Below, one piece after another: positions 1-9,680 of a stretch of DNA of 64,000 nt. How positions within the stretch are numbered: position 1 is the stretch's first letter; every line of letters begins with the position of its first letter. Source of the stretch: Pseudomonas phage BRkr. The position numbers were made by a program, and so were the translations under genes. The notes beneath the pieces were generated by a model. That model worked only from the letters and a program-made list of their open reading frames with translations. It did no database searches and had not been told where the DNA came from. The stretch is taken from the sequence record LC765218.1; one strand, given 5' to 3'.

Positions 1-102
1 CATAGCTCGCCTTAGGGCGGGCTTTATGCCTTATCTGATGAAAGTATAAGGATATATATTTTCGTGTTGTGGAAGAGACCGTGGCCCCTATAGGAGGGGA
101 AG

Positions 103-591
103 ATGGTTATTAGTCAGAATACTGCTACTGAGATTGATTCTCAAGTTGCCAAAGGTTTATCTATTGGGTATTTCGGTAAAGGAGATGACTTATCTCTTAT
201 TCCCCGTATGATCGGTGACTGGAATATCAGAACAATAGAGGAACAGAGGTCACCCGGAACAGGGTATATTGTGGCGGTTCCATCGAATACACGCACTCGA
301 CTTATTTATGCTGCTGGTCGAATAGCGTGGTTAGTAGCTTTAGGTTACTCTGAGCAAACAGCTCATGTTTATCTTAAAGCTAGTTCTACCGTTGCAAAAC
401 GTTGGGATCATGAGGTGGCACAGTTTGTACTAACTAACTACGGAATTGATACATTTATTCTAGAGCAAGCCTTATCCAGTGATAACCCAAAGAAATATCT
501 AGAATCACAAGGATATTATTCTAGGGTATCTCGTGGTAAGATTATTGCTAGTTGTCAGATTCTTCGCAATATCCGTGGTCTATCAAAATAA
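103..591 (+). CDS. hypothetical protein (162 aa)
   Basis: Intact ORF followed by a GC hairpin plus T-tract at 595-618; no recognisable motif. Confidence 0.5.
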   Translation: MVISQNTATEIDSQVAKGLSIGYFGKGDDLSLIPRMIGDWNIRTIEEQRSPGTGYIVAVPSNTRTRLIYAAGRIAWLVALGYSEQTAHVYLKASSTVAKRWDHEVAQFVLTNYGIDTFILEQALSSDNPKKYLESQGYYSRVSRGKIIASCQILRNIRGLSK

Positions 592-594
592 CTG

Positions 595-618
595 GAGCCT
601 TCGGGCTCCTTTTATTTC
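595..618 (+). terminator. rho-independent terminator (ggagccTTCGggctcc + T-tract)
   Basis: Perfect 6-bp GC stem with TTCG loop, followed by TTTTATTT. Confidence 0.6.
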
Positions 619-667
619 GCATAGTCCCTTATTCTTATGACTTCCTTATCGTAAAGGTTCACTCCCT

Positions 668-1099
668 ATGAGATTCTTTTGTGACGCTGAATTTGACGTA
701 CCAACTGATAGTTTGATTTCTCTTGCTATTGTATCTGAAGATGGCAACCGAGAGTTCTATGAAGTACTCGAACATAAGCATATTCAAGACGACTGGGTAA
801 AGGCAAACGTCATTCCTATTCTTCAAAAAGATCCTATTTCGTTTGAAGAATTCCAGATCCGCCTTGAGAAATTTGTATCGCAATTTGCTGGTATGAATAT
901 AATCGTTAACCACCCCAATGACGTTATTTATTTTAACAAAGCTCTATTAGGGGAGAAGGGGAAATGGATTATGATTCAACCATTGACTTTTGATATTGAT
1001 GATCGTCTCAGTGGTAAAGGATCTAAACTTTTGCACAATGCGCTATTCGATGCCAGGGCGACACGCGAGGACTGGTTTAAAAAGAATGGCTATACATGA
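668..1099 (+). CDS. small DEDDh-type 3'-5' exonuclease domain protein
   Basis: Exo motif I CDAEFD (D-x-E), exo II VNHPNDVIYF (H-N-x-x-D) and exo III HNALFDARAT (H-x4-D), in canonical order and spacing. Confidence 0.55.
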   Translation: MRFFCDAEFDVPTDSLISLAIVSEDGNREFYEVLEHKHIQDDWVKANVIPILQKDPISFEEFQIRLEKFVSQFAGMNIIVNHPNDVIYFNKALLGEKGKWIMIQPLTFDIDDRLSGKGSKLLHNALFDARATREDWFKKNGYT

Positions 1100-1120
1100 A
1101 ACCATTTTGGATAAATAGAA

Positions 1121-1792
1121 ATGACAACTGTACTTGAACAGATGACGGGTAAACCCGGTCGTAAATGCCGAGGCGAATCTCTTTTACGTCTTCTGATCTC
1201 CACGAGTTATCCACAGACAATTCTGTCGGATCTAACATTTGCTTTTACTAAGCACTCTGGAACAGATGACGAAGAGTCGCTTGAAAAACTTGCAGTACTA
1301 ATGCGAAATATCGAAAAAGAATTTGATATGTTCGACTTCATCCGCTGTATTGAAATTAGACGAGATGGCGATGTTATTAACATCATTGTTAAACGACTTG
1401 ATTTTGATCCAACCATGCGTGCACTGAATGATAGTGTTGATACGCATGAACACATGGCTAGCTCGTGCGTAACTCTATCCAATGCAGATGACCGCCTTGA
1501 AGATGTTGAGCAACTAGCTATTAAACTGCTGGAAGTATTCTATCGTTCTCAAGTTAAAGTTAAACGTGGTACAGAAATTGCGACTACAACTTGGAAATGT
1601 CGTTATCGTGAATCTGATCGTCGTAAATCGAAAGCTGAGCAAACTGCGATCGATACTAACCTTGACTTTGAAGGTGTAGTAGAAACAATCGCTGCTTCGC
1701 TCTGTAAGCGCCGTTTCCATTTAGTCCTTACACAGAATGCCTTTCTGCTTCTGGATCAACGTAAACGCATCTGGGGCGTTAGCAGGGGATGA
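1121..1792 (+). CDS. hypothetical protein (223 aa)
   Basis: Long ORF with a plausible composition; ends just before the bidirectional hairpin at 1802-1826. Confidence 0.5.
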   Translation: MTTVLEQMTGKPGRKCRGESLLRLLISTSYPQTILSDLTFAFTKHSGTDDEESLEKLAVLMRNIEKEFDMFDFIRCIEIRRDGDVINIIVKRLDFDPTMRALNDSVDTHEHMASSCVTLSNADDRLEDVEQLAIKLLEVFYRSQVKVKRGTEIATTTWKCRYRESDRRKSKAEQTAIDTNLDFEGVVETIAASLCKRRFHLVLTQNAFLLLDQRKRIWGVSRG

Positions 1793-1801
1793 CAACATAA
1801 A

Positions 1802-1826
1802 GCCTCCCCGAAGGGAGGCGTTTATG
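1802..1826. terminator. bidirectional terminator hairpin (gcctcccCGAAgggaggc) between convergent genes
   Basis: 7-bp GC stem placed between the plus gene ending at 1792 and the minus gene ending at 1830; followed by TTTATG on the plus strand. Confidence 0.55.
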
Positions 1827-1829
1827 TCG

Positions 1830-4800
1830 TTATTGTACAGGTACTGGATTTCCATTAACTGGAATCATCCAACGTTTTGTTGGATCTTCAAAACTTTGAA
1901 GAATCCTTGGTGCACCGTAGATGTCTTTTACCTTAGTGTTAGGTAAGATAGTCCAGGTATCATTAAACCAAGCATATACCGTATTGGTTTTCATATCGCA
2001 AACAATATTTCTCTTTAGACTACTCTCGTAAGTAATGTCTTTGAAATAAGAGTTAGCCTGCGACAAACTACCAAAACCATATTTCTTACCACCTTTGAAA
2101 ATACTTAATTCAGGATGGTCATTTAGATTAATACTCATGTCATAGGCTGGATTAAATGTTGTTCCATTCCAATCCGAACATTTAACATTAAACAGGTCAC
2201 CTGTTCTGATTACCTTAACACGTATGAATCTACCGCTCCAACCTTTAGGTGGTGTTGCTTCCCTAACTGAATATTCCTTATACTCAGTGGGATTCGCATT
2301 CCAAGTCGTATGCTTGCTAAAGTCCTTTACAATGGACTGAACTGGCCATACTGGTCTATTAGACCAATCTCCACTTGGACCGGATATTACTAAGTCAAGT
2401 GTATGGTTACGTCCAGCAGCTTCATCACGATTAAATGCTAGAATAACCGTGTTAAAGTCGTCGTCAGCATCACTTGATGTAAGAGTGACTTCAAGTTCAT
2501 ATGACTCTGGAGCTTCATCAGAAATGAATCCATTATAAAGACTAGTATTGATTGGTTGAACCGCAGCCTGTAATGTATCATTCCAGTACCAACTAGCGGC
2601 ATCACCTTCTGCACCTACACCACCAGGGAATAGTTTATCATTATTAAACCTATCCCAACTCTCGAAGATTTGTTTTGGCGTCGGAGGTTTTAACCTTTCA
2701 AGAGTCTCTAACGTTTCGGCTGTAGTTGCATAAGCTAAACCCTGAACATTAGTTTTCTGTAACTCACCAGTGAAATAACTAATAAGATTCTTAAAGTGAG
2801 AACCTACACTTAAAGTATTATTTAGAATATTGTAAACTGGTCGGAGTTGATGAATATCTTCAACTAGTTTGTGGGGCACTTGGATAGGAGTAACAGAATA
2901 GATAGGTTCACCCGTTTCTGTAGTACCTGTCTTAAATCGATCAAGATACGGCTTGGTATTTTCAGCGCGACCATATCGGTTAGCAATAGCAGGCGTATAA
3001 CGTTTGATCGGTAATCGGGATTCGTACTCAAACGGCTCTACGATTTTAACTCGTATTTCATCGTTATCATTAACATAGATTCCGTCTACTGGATAGATCG
3101 TCTGATGACTACCTGTTTCAGTAGAGTACCAAGCCTGACCAACTTTTGTTTCCCTTGCTGCCGCCGAACCTTCAGAACGGTAAATATCTGCTATAATACT
3201 ACCAACAGAAGATCCATCGATTTCTATTGTAATGTCAGCAATATCAGACAAGTCGGTATCGAGCAGGGTGATATTATTACCTTCTTTATCTTTGAAGATA
3301 ACATAGTCACCTGTACCAATGAGGTATGCGAAACTCATCGACTTAACGCTACCGTCCGTTAACCGTAGCAAGAAGTTAACAGTATGTTTTCCAGGGTTGA
3401 AGGTTAATGTCACTGGATCCTTCTTTTGGAAAACAACTTCTTTAACGACTACACTCGACTCACTACCACCAGCTACGATAAAATCGCCATCAGTTAGATC
3501 ATTGTAGAGAACATGATCGCCGTAAGTCGATCGTATAAATCCAACGTTAACATTCGATCTATCGACAGAACCACTGAAATATGCGTTGAAGTTTACAGCA
3601 AGTTGGTTAGCAGTAACAAAGAAACAGTTAGATGCAGTTGGAACCGGATACGCTTCTTCGATGCTGTTAATAACTGGACCATGGTCTGTAAATATGAAAA
3701 TGCCATTACCAGCTTTCCGATATGTAAGAATATCCTGAATCGCAGTTTGCGTAAACTTACCGTTAACTGATTGATTCGGATCACTTAAAGAACCAACAAA
3801 TACCAACCCTGCGTAATTGTTTAATTCCGTTAAGGTTGGATTTAAATGGGTTCCATCATAATCGGTCTGATCTTTCAGAGTGCATGTAAAACCACCAGCT
3901 CCCGCAACCTTAGTAATGTATTCATTGAACGCGGTCTTCAGTACATAGTTACCAGTAGTTGCATCACCTAGGACAAGAATGTTTTTATTACCGCTAGCGA
4001 CTTTCGCAGGGTTAGCAATAAAATCAAGACAGTTCTTAAAATAGGTTTGACTAGAGTTTAGGTTTTTACCTGGACCAAGATAGCGTTTACGGGTAACAGT
4101 CCAACTACCTATCCAATCCTGCGGTGTTGTTGGATTAACCACAAGACTGTTCGTCATGATAGCGAAAGCAACAGTTGTTCCGTTAAGGATCCGTGCATTT
4201 CTCAGCTGCCCACGATACTCTTTTACAAGGGTAGGATCTGCTTCATTTTCAAATGCCACGGTCCAAGTCGATAACCGCTTACCAACAATGGCTTCCAATG
4301 GGACTGTACGTGTTACCCATTTGTTTTTCCATTCTGGCCTATCTCTACACATAACTGGATGTGTTGCAGTGGCGGGGTTACCATTGTCTTTGATTACAGG
4401 ACTGTAGTTCCTAAATCGAACAGGGTTATTACCAGTTTCATCATAAACAGTACAGTCTAAACCAAAATATGCATCATCGAACACATAGTGATCGTAAACA
4501 AGAACATCTCCACTTTTAACTGTGTAAGTGTTATTGTTAATTACTTCATAGTAGCAAAGGTCTAGACCGTTTGCATCAGGTTGTAGTCTAGCAGAGAAAT
4601 CTAGAACACCCTGAGTCATGGAAATGTTTGCTGCCTGTGGATTCATGAACTTTGGAAAACCACCATCGTAAACAACGTTGCCGTTACCATCTTGGGTAAC
4701 GGCAATGAATGGAGTAGGCGGGCTTAAAGAATCGTAAGCGATATACTCAGAAACGACCGGCGGTAAACCATTAACAGAATACGCGACACCATTAGTAGCG

Positions 4801-4880
4801 ACATTAGAATCAAATGTCCATTTTACAACCTGGGTACTAGGATAGGCCCCAGGTTTTTTGTCTGGATTAGCATATGCCAT
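1830..4880 (-). CDS. large N/T/G/S-rich structural protein, putative tail fiber or baseplate receptor-binding protein (1016 aa)
   Basis: Very long ORF with a fiber-like composition and no enzymatic motifs; last gene of the minus-strand operon, downstream of the helicase. Specific function not established. Confidence 0.45.
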   Translation of the reverse strand: MAYANPDKKPGAYPSTQVVKWTFDSNVATNGVAYSVNGLPPVVSEYIAYDSLSPPTPFIAVTQDGNGNVVYDGGFPKFMNPQAANISMTQGVLDFSARLQPDANGLDLCYYEVINNNTYTVKSGDVLVYDHYVFDDAYFGLDCTVYDETGNNPVRFRNYSPVIKDNGNPATATHPVMCRDRPEWKNKWVTRTVPLEAIVGKRLSTWTVAFENEADPTLVKEYRGQLRNARILNGTTVAFAIMTNSLVVNPTTPQDWIGSWTVTRKRYLGPGKNLNSSQTYFKNCLDFIANPAKVASGNKNILVLGDATTGNYVLKTAFNEYITKVAGAGGFTCTLKDQTDYDGTHLNPTLTELNNYAGLVFVGSLSDPNQSVNGKFTQTAIQDILTYRKAGNGIFIFTDHGPVINSIEEAYPVPTASNCFFVTANQLAVNFNAYFSGSVDRSNVNVGFIRSTYGDHVLYNDLTDGDFIVAGGSESSVVVKEVVFQKKDPVTLTFNPGKHTVNFLLRLTDGSVKSMSFAYLIGTGDYVIFKDKEGNNITLLDTDLSDIADITIEIDGSSVGSIIADIYRSEGSAAARETKVGQAWYSTETGSHQTIYPVDGIYVNDNDEIRVKIVEPFEYESRLPIKRYTPAIANRYGRAENTKPYLDRFKTGTTETGEPIYSVTPIQVPHKLVEDIHQLRPVYNILNNTLSVGSHFKNLISYFTGELQKTNVQGLAYATTAETLETLERLKPPTPKQIFESWDRFNNDKLFPGGVGAEGDAASWYWNDTLQAAVQPINTSLYNGFISDEAPESYELEVTLTSSDADDDFNTVILAFNRDEAAGRNHTLDLVISGPSGDWSNRPVWPVQSIVKDFSKHTTWNANPTEYKEYSVREATPPKGWSGRFIRVKVIRTGDLFNVKCSDWNGTTFNPAYDMSINLNDHPELSIFKGGKKYGFGSLSQANSYFKDITYESSLKRNIVCDMKTNTVYAWFNDTWTILPNTKVKDIYGAPRILQSFEDPTKRWMIPVNGNPVPVQ

Positions 4881-4892
4881 TTCAGGCTCCTA

Positions 4893-5294
4893 TTAAGGTA
4901 CGATTTTCTTATGGGGTGCTCTGACAATGACAATGTATGCAACGGTGGCAGACGACGGGTTAGCAATAACCAACGTACCATCATCTTTAATACCCCAGGT
5001 TAATACAGCAGAAGCGTCAATGTAACAATCTTTGGTGAGAGAACCGTTTACAGTATCTCTAATCTTTACTTCTACAGAAGCCGCACGGGGTACCTCTGAA
5101 CCAGCTGGAATCAAAGGAACAAGATCATACGTCCTAGTTCCGCCTGCCGGTACCGTTGTACTCTCGTAAATGATGGCTGCTGCGCCACCACCTCCACCAG
5201 AACCGCCACCAGCGATTAGTTCTTCGATCTTAAGTAGATAACGGTTGATGGCCGCAATCATACCTTTATTTGTTTCACTCATTGTAGACTCCAA
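4893..5294 (-). CDS. Gly-rich small protein, possibly structural (133 aa)
   Basis: GGGSGGGGGAAA linker-like tract; start overlaps the helicase stop (translationally coupled). Confidence 0.45.
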   Translation of the reverse strand: MESTMSETNKGMIAAINRYLLKIEELIAGGGSGGGGGAAAIIYESTTVPAGGTRTYDLVPLIPAGSEVPRAASVEVKIRDTVNGSLTKDCYIDASAVLTWGIKDDGTLVIANPSSATVAYIVIVRAPHKKIVP

Positions 5295-8200
5295 TCACCG
5301 CAAATATGCGGGAACATTAGATTTGGGTTTAAGGGGTATCTCGAAATCAACTGTCGGAATCTCGATGTCGAATTTTTCGAATGCTTTCTGAAGAACACTA
5401 TGGATTACTTTGTTCTCATCAAACTGTGTTTCATCACCATAGTCTTCCATTGCCTCTCCAATCTCAAATGGAGACTTGATACCCATAATCGCTTCTACTT
5501 GATCCTGACTCCATTTAAGAATATCAGCCGATCGGGTAGAGATATTTGGGATATCCCCAGTATCGAGAGAACACTGGTAAACAACAACTTGAGAATCTTG
5601 ACCTAAACGATAAGCACGAGATATAGCCTGTTCCAGAATATAAGCTCTGAATGGACTATTCAATAGAATCAAGGTATCTGCCATTGTCAGGCGAACAGCC
5701 GTCGATAGAGAAGCATATGTAGCATTGAGTGGATTTAGATCCTTACCCGAATCAAAGCGTTTAACGATTTCAGCCAGTTCATTAGTAGTCTTCCCATAAA
5801 CGGCTAGTGGTTTCATACCTAGCTTAACACAATGTGCATCTGCTGCTTCCACTGCTTCAACAAAGCTAGTAAACATAATCGTCTTCTTGTGAGTAGATTC
5901 TGTAATACCAACCCAGTCGACATACGGGACCATTGCCACGTGGCACTCAATACGTTTACCACCTAACACACGTCCAAGACATTCACCTTGAATCTTAAGG
6001 TTAGTATATTTAATAACCGATTTGATGTCTCTGAACTCATGGATGAATTGCTTTGGAAGGGAAGGTCCAAATACTAATTTCTCGTATTGGTTCGTTGCTT
6101 TAATTTCCTCTCCTGCAAAGCGTGGATCAGGGATCTGTTGAACATACTTGACCAGATCCAAGTACTCTTTGAAGGCTCTTTCCTGTGCGGCTGTTTTGAG
6201 GGTTTTTCGATGGAGTCCACAGAACTCTGCCCAGCGTTTATCATCTTCAGGTCTCCGCTTCTTGTAGTAAGCCCAGCGTTCTTGAATAAATGCTTCCATA
6301 ACCTTTCTAATAGCCGGAAGGGTGAAGTCATCACCATTCGGAATTTTAATTGGATAAGGACGCATGATCGGGGGCTCTAGGTCGAGTTCTTGTTTCTCTA
6401 CCTTGTAGGATACGAGACCTAATCGATGTCTGATTATATCGAGTCCTTTAGATGCTTCTTTACCATACATCTTCTTGAAGCGTTCTTCTACCTGCGGAGT
6501 GAATAGAGGATCTACTATTCGCAGTAAGTTAATCAGTTCAACACCCAATGCTTTTACAGGCGTGCCCGAAGCTAAAAGATTATTACGAGAACCGACCATC
6601 TTTACAATGAGTTGATAAAGTTTAGTCCGTGTAGAGTTAGGGTCATTCATGTTGTGCGATTCATCTAGAATCGTCACAGTACGTTTGCTACCAACTATAT
6701 TACGGTTTCTAAGAAGTTCTACTACCTTATCCATTGCATCGTAATGACAGACGATCCAACGCTGTCCTTTGTAGGGCATATTAGGTTCGAACGTATGCCA
6801 AACTGTTTGCGGCTTATGGAACATCTCTTTCAGGGAATCTAACCAGACTAGATCCAAAGCATTCTTAGGACACATTACAACAATGAGTTCAGCATCAAGC
6901 ATCTCGGCAATAGCTGAAGTAAGATATGTGTTATGTGTCACGACGAAATCATCGGTTACATAAAGGTGATCGGGATGTTCAACCTGAATACATTGACATT
7001 CCACTCGATCTGACAGGTTAACATGTTTCACCTGTAAACGAAGATTATCCGCGTATTGGTGATTGTCGTTGCATCGAGCTATTTTGCGATCAAGGCGGAA
7101 AAGCGCACTGGGGGTATCAAACCGGACAGCTACCCGATAAGACATGTTACCGTACTTCTTGACGCCGTTGTACGTGAATGTAGGCTCTTTGAACGCCAGT
7201 TTGGCAATTCCACCCAGGGAACGAACTAGGTACTGGAACTGCTTGGCTAACATGTAGCTGCAACTGGTGAAACTGAGGTTGCTATTCTCGTCAACTGTAC
7301 CATCCGTGTCCATAAGACCTTGTACAAGAGCCAATCGCTGGGCAGTAGAACTGAACAGGTATTCTTGCGGAATGAATTTAGAAAGGGAATTCGTTCCTAG
7401 CAAATTCATATCTCGAAGAGCACTGATATATGGGTTACGTTCACCTTTCTTGTTGATGACCCCCATGGTAATGGAGTCACGGGCAATAAGATTGAGGTTA
7501 TCCGGGAGAGCTTTACTAAACGTGTCGAATAGCTGAGGATCACCACTGGTAATGGTCACACAACTCGAACTGATCCCACCGGCGCCAAGAATAACTCCGA
7601 GGTTATACGGATCGATCGGTAGATCGACATCCATACCTTCTTCGGACTTACAGAGTTGCACGTAAAGTCGATTCCGGTATGACTTCATAGACATGTAACC
7701 GAACAGGGTGGCGGTGTTGATTACTCGCCAACCATCGCTACCGTCCCTCGTCCAATTATAGCAATAGACTCGCCATAGGTGCTCATCACATGCTTCGGTC
7801 GTGCGACCGTCTTTGAAGGTAACCGTAAAAGTTTGTTTCTTCCCTTGTGGGTAAACGCCGGTGACCTTAGTCGGGGTACCGTCCCAAGCAGTGACCATGT
7901 CACCAACTTGAATATCACCCATACGTTTCCAGCCACCAGGAATTTTAACCATGGCGTTTAGTGGTTGTGCCTTACCCGTACCGGCGGCCGCGGCAATTAA
8001 GTCACCATTTAGATTGTATTGATCTAGCCGATAGGTATAGTTCTTGAAATATTCTAATTGATACGGTTTTGGATCAAATTTTAATCGAGACAGATTAGCT
8101 AGATTAAGTCGCCCTTGTACTGATTTCTCATCAATGGCTTTAGTAGAGGCAAGCCAAGTATTCTGTAAAAGCGCATCTTTAATAGCAGCGATCATTTTTA

Positions 8201-8450
8201 CAGAGGTGTATCGAGAACGGTAATAGACAATGTTTTCCAACATGTACATTACTTCAGGTGCAAAGAACTTATAGAAGCTTAATGAGTTCCGACCAATGTT
8301 GTTGAACAAGTTGGTTGTAATCTTGGAAGTCTTCCAATGCTTACTGATATCTCGGACTATGTCGAAGCCACGAATACCAGAGATGATAATCTCCGTTTCA
8401 GTTTCTTTGACTGTCAAGCCGCCAAATATCGAACGGAATGAGTCTAACAT
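5295..8450 (-). CDS. SNF2-family helicase/ATPase interrupted by an intein in the Walker A P-loop
   Basis: DEAH box ILDESH, motif III LLASGTP and textbook SNF2 motif VI QAISRAYRLGQ. Walker A is split as AAAAGTGK|intein|TYLTSAIAEM, which restores GTGKT after excision. Confidence 0.85.
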   Translation of the reverse strand: MLDSFRSIFGGLTVKETETEIIISGIRGFDIVRDISKHWKTSKITTNLFNNIGRNSLSFYKFFAPEVMYMLENIVYYRSRYTSVKMIAAIKDALLQNTWLASTKAIDEKSVQGRLNLANLSRLKFDPKPYQLEYFKNYTYRLDQYNLNGDLIAAAAGTGKAQPLNAMVKIPGGWKRMGDIQVGDMVTAWDGTPTKVTGVYPQGKKQTFTVTFKDGRTTEACDEHLWRVYCYNWTRDGSDGWRVINTATLFGYMSMKSYRNRLYVQLCKSEEGMDVDLPIDPYNLGVILGAGGISSSCVTITSGDPQLFDTFSKALPDNLNLIARDSITMGVINKKGERNPYISALRDMNLLGTNSLSKFIPQEYLFSSTAQRLALVQGLMDTDGTVDENSNLSFTSCSYMLAKQFQYLVRSLGGIAKLAFKEPTFTYNGVKKYGNMSYRVAVRFDTPSALFRLDRKIARCNDNHQYADNLRLQVKHVNLSDRVECQCIQVEHPDHLYVTDDFVVTHNTYLTSAIAEMLDAELIVVMCPKNALDLVWLDSLKEMFHKPQTVWHTFEPNMPYKGQRWIVCHYDAMDKVVELLRNRNIVGSKRTVTILDESHNMNDPNSTRTKLYQLIVKMVGSRNNLLASGTPVKALGVELINLLRIVDPLFTPQVEERFKKMYGKEASKGLDIIRHRLGLVSYKVEKQELDLEPPIMRPYPIKIPNGDDFTLPAIRKVMEAFIQERWAYYKKRRPEDDKRWAEFCGLHRKTLKTAAQERAFKEYLDLVKYVQQIPDPRFAGEEIKATNQYEKLVFGPSLPKQFIHEFRDIKSVIKYTNLKIQGECLGRVLGGKRIECHVAMVPYVDWVGITESTHKKTIMFTSFVEAVEAADAHCVKLGMKPLAVYGKTTNELAEIVKRFDSGKDLNPLNATYASLSTAVRLTMADTLILLNSPFRAYILEQAISRAYRLGQDSQVVVYQCSLDTGDIPNISTRSADILKWSQDQVEAIMGIKSPFEIGEAMEDYGDETQFDENKVIHSVLQKAFEKFDIEIPTVDFEIPLKPKSNVPAYLR
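6930..7970 (-). mobile_element. intein (~347 aa) with a LAGLIDADG homing-endonuclease domain; Ala-1 N-terminus
   Basis: Begins AQPLNAMVKIPGGW directly after GTGK and ends VVTHN followed by Thr+1. Block B-like TEACDEHLW, LAGLIDADG-like LALVQGLMDTDGTV, block F Cys (VECQCIQV). Confidence 0.7.
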
Positions 8451-8688
8451 GTGGGTTTATCCTTAAGGGGTAAATTCATAGAATTGGCCTACGTGTAAGA
8501 TTTAGAAAAAGATTACTAAAACAGTAATGATATAGTCAAGGCAGTCGCGCATAGCGCTGCACTTTAAGGGGGTGATCCAGCCGATTCTTTAACTTGATAC
8601 GTTAAAGTATTTGCGGGAGCAAAGACGAGTATCTAACTACGGTGCCTTGACGACTATGTTTGGACTCTCTAATCTAAACAGACATATC

Positions 8689-8716
8689 GCCCGGCTCAAT
8701 GCCGGGCTTTATGTTG
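8689..8716 (+). terminator. hairpin gcccggcTCAATgccgggc followed by TTTATG
   Basis: 7-bp GC stem lying between two minus-strand genes; same hairpin-TTTATG architecture as the plus-strand terminators. Confidence 0.4.
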
Positions 8717-8718
8717 TC

Positions 8719-9672
8719 TCATCGAATCAAACGTAAAGCTGGATTGAATCCACGGCTACTACCATAAGCTGTAAAAGCATTGTCAAGCTGGTGAGCGATA
8801 GATGTGCTAAATCCACGTTGGATACAACGGTTATCTTCAGTAACAGCTTTATAGAAAATATTCAAGCCATTACCTGGAGCTATAGACGATGGTAACTGAT
8901 TACCATAACGACTGCGTTGATAACCAGAATACAACTGTCCAGTTGGGTTTACTGCTGTATTGAATAGACGTTCGAAGGTATCTAAAGCTAGATCATTCAT
9001 CACATGGAGACTTACCATCGCATCAGTAGCATTGGTGTATACTACCTTATCACCATGTGGGATACATCCAACAGCAAAACTATTACCATTCCTAGAATAG
9101 ATCCTACCCTGCATTACAGCTGGATTAGTGAGAGATGATGGCAAAGTACCAACACCGTCTTCTACCGTATCAAGGAGAACACCTGTCCTATAAACATCCA
9201 TGAATGACATTCCAGAATATGGAACTCTGTTCGGGATGTAATACGTTACACCTTTGAACTGTATTTTCCATGCTTCTGTTGGTTGATCAACAGTATTCGT
9301 GAAGTTAGATGGTAAAGCCAAATTTGTTTTAAAATCAGCCACCTCAAAGACATCTTCGATTGGACATGTTCCGAAGTAGCCAATCCACCAGTCACCGAAT
9401 ACGGGAGTTTCGGGACCAGGTCCTTTATTAGTGTAATCAATAATGCAAATAGCTTTTACATCACTCAATACGAAAGAACCTGTATTGTCCGTACCAATAA
9501 CAAGATAGAAATAAGGTGTATCTTTCAAAGCAGTATCGTCTACAAATTCTCGATCAGTAACATCCAGCTGCTTAAAAACAGCTGGAAGATTATTCACATC
9601 AAATGGTTCTGTAGAACGATAAGCTTTTAAGTCAACAATATCACCTGTAACCGAAAAGCCTACTTTAATCAT
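8719..9672 (-). CDS. paralog 1 of 4: FN3-like N-terminus, putative fiber/adhesin-like protein (317 aa)
   Basis: Shares the YRSxT...YYY N-terminal block, the GPGP...GYFG block and W/DVY blocks with the three upstream ORFs. Confidence 0.55.
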   Translation of the reverse strand: MIKVGFSVTGDIVDLKAYRSTEPFDVNNLPAVFKQLDVTDREFVDDTALKDTPYFYLVIGTDNTGSFVLSDVKAICIIDYTNKGPGPETPVFGDWWIGYFGTCPIEDVFEVADFKTNLALPSNFTNTVDQPTEAWKIQFKGVTYYIPNRVPYSGMSFMDVYRTGVLLDTVEDGVGTLPSSLTNPAVMQGRIYSRNGNSFAVGCIPHGDKVVYTNATDAMVSLHVMNDLALDTFERLFNTAVNPTGQLYSGYQRSRYGNQLPSSIAPGNGLNIFYKAVTEDNRCIQRGFSTSIAHQLDNAFTAYGSSRGFNPALRLIR

Positions 9673-9680
9673 CGAATCAC

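Noticed and set aside
8451-8718. tRNA genes, CRISPR repeats or an integrase in the long non-coding gaps (also 35921-36270)
   Set aside because: There is no GTTCRANYC T-loop-like sequence with a matching acceptor stem and no direct repeat arrays. Neither a tyrosine- nor a serine-recombinase motif occurs anywhere in the window.
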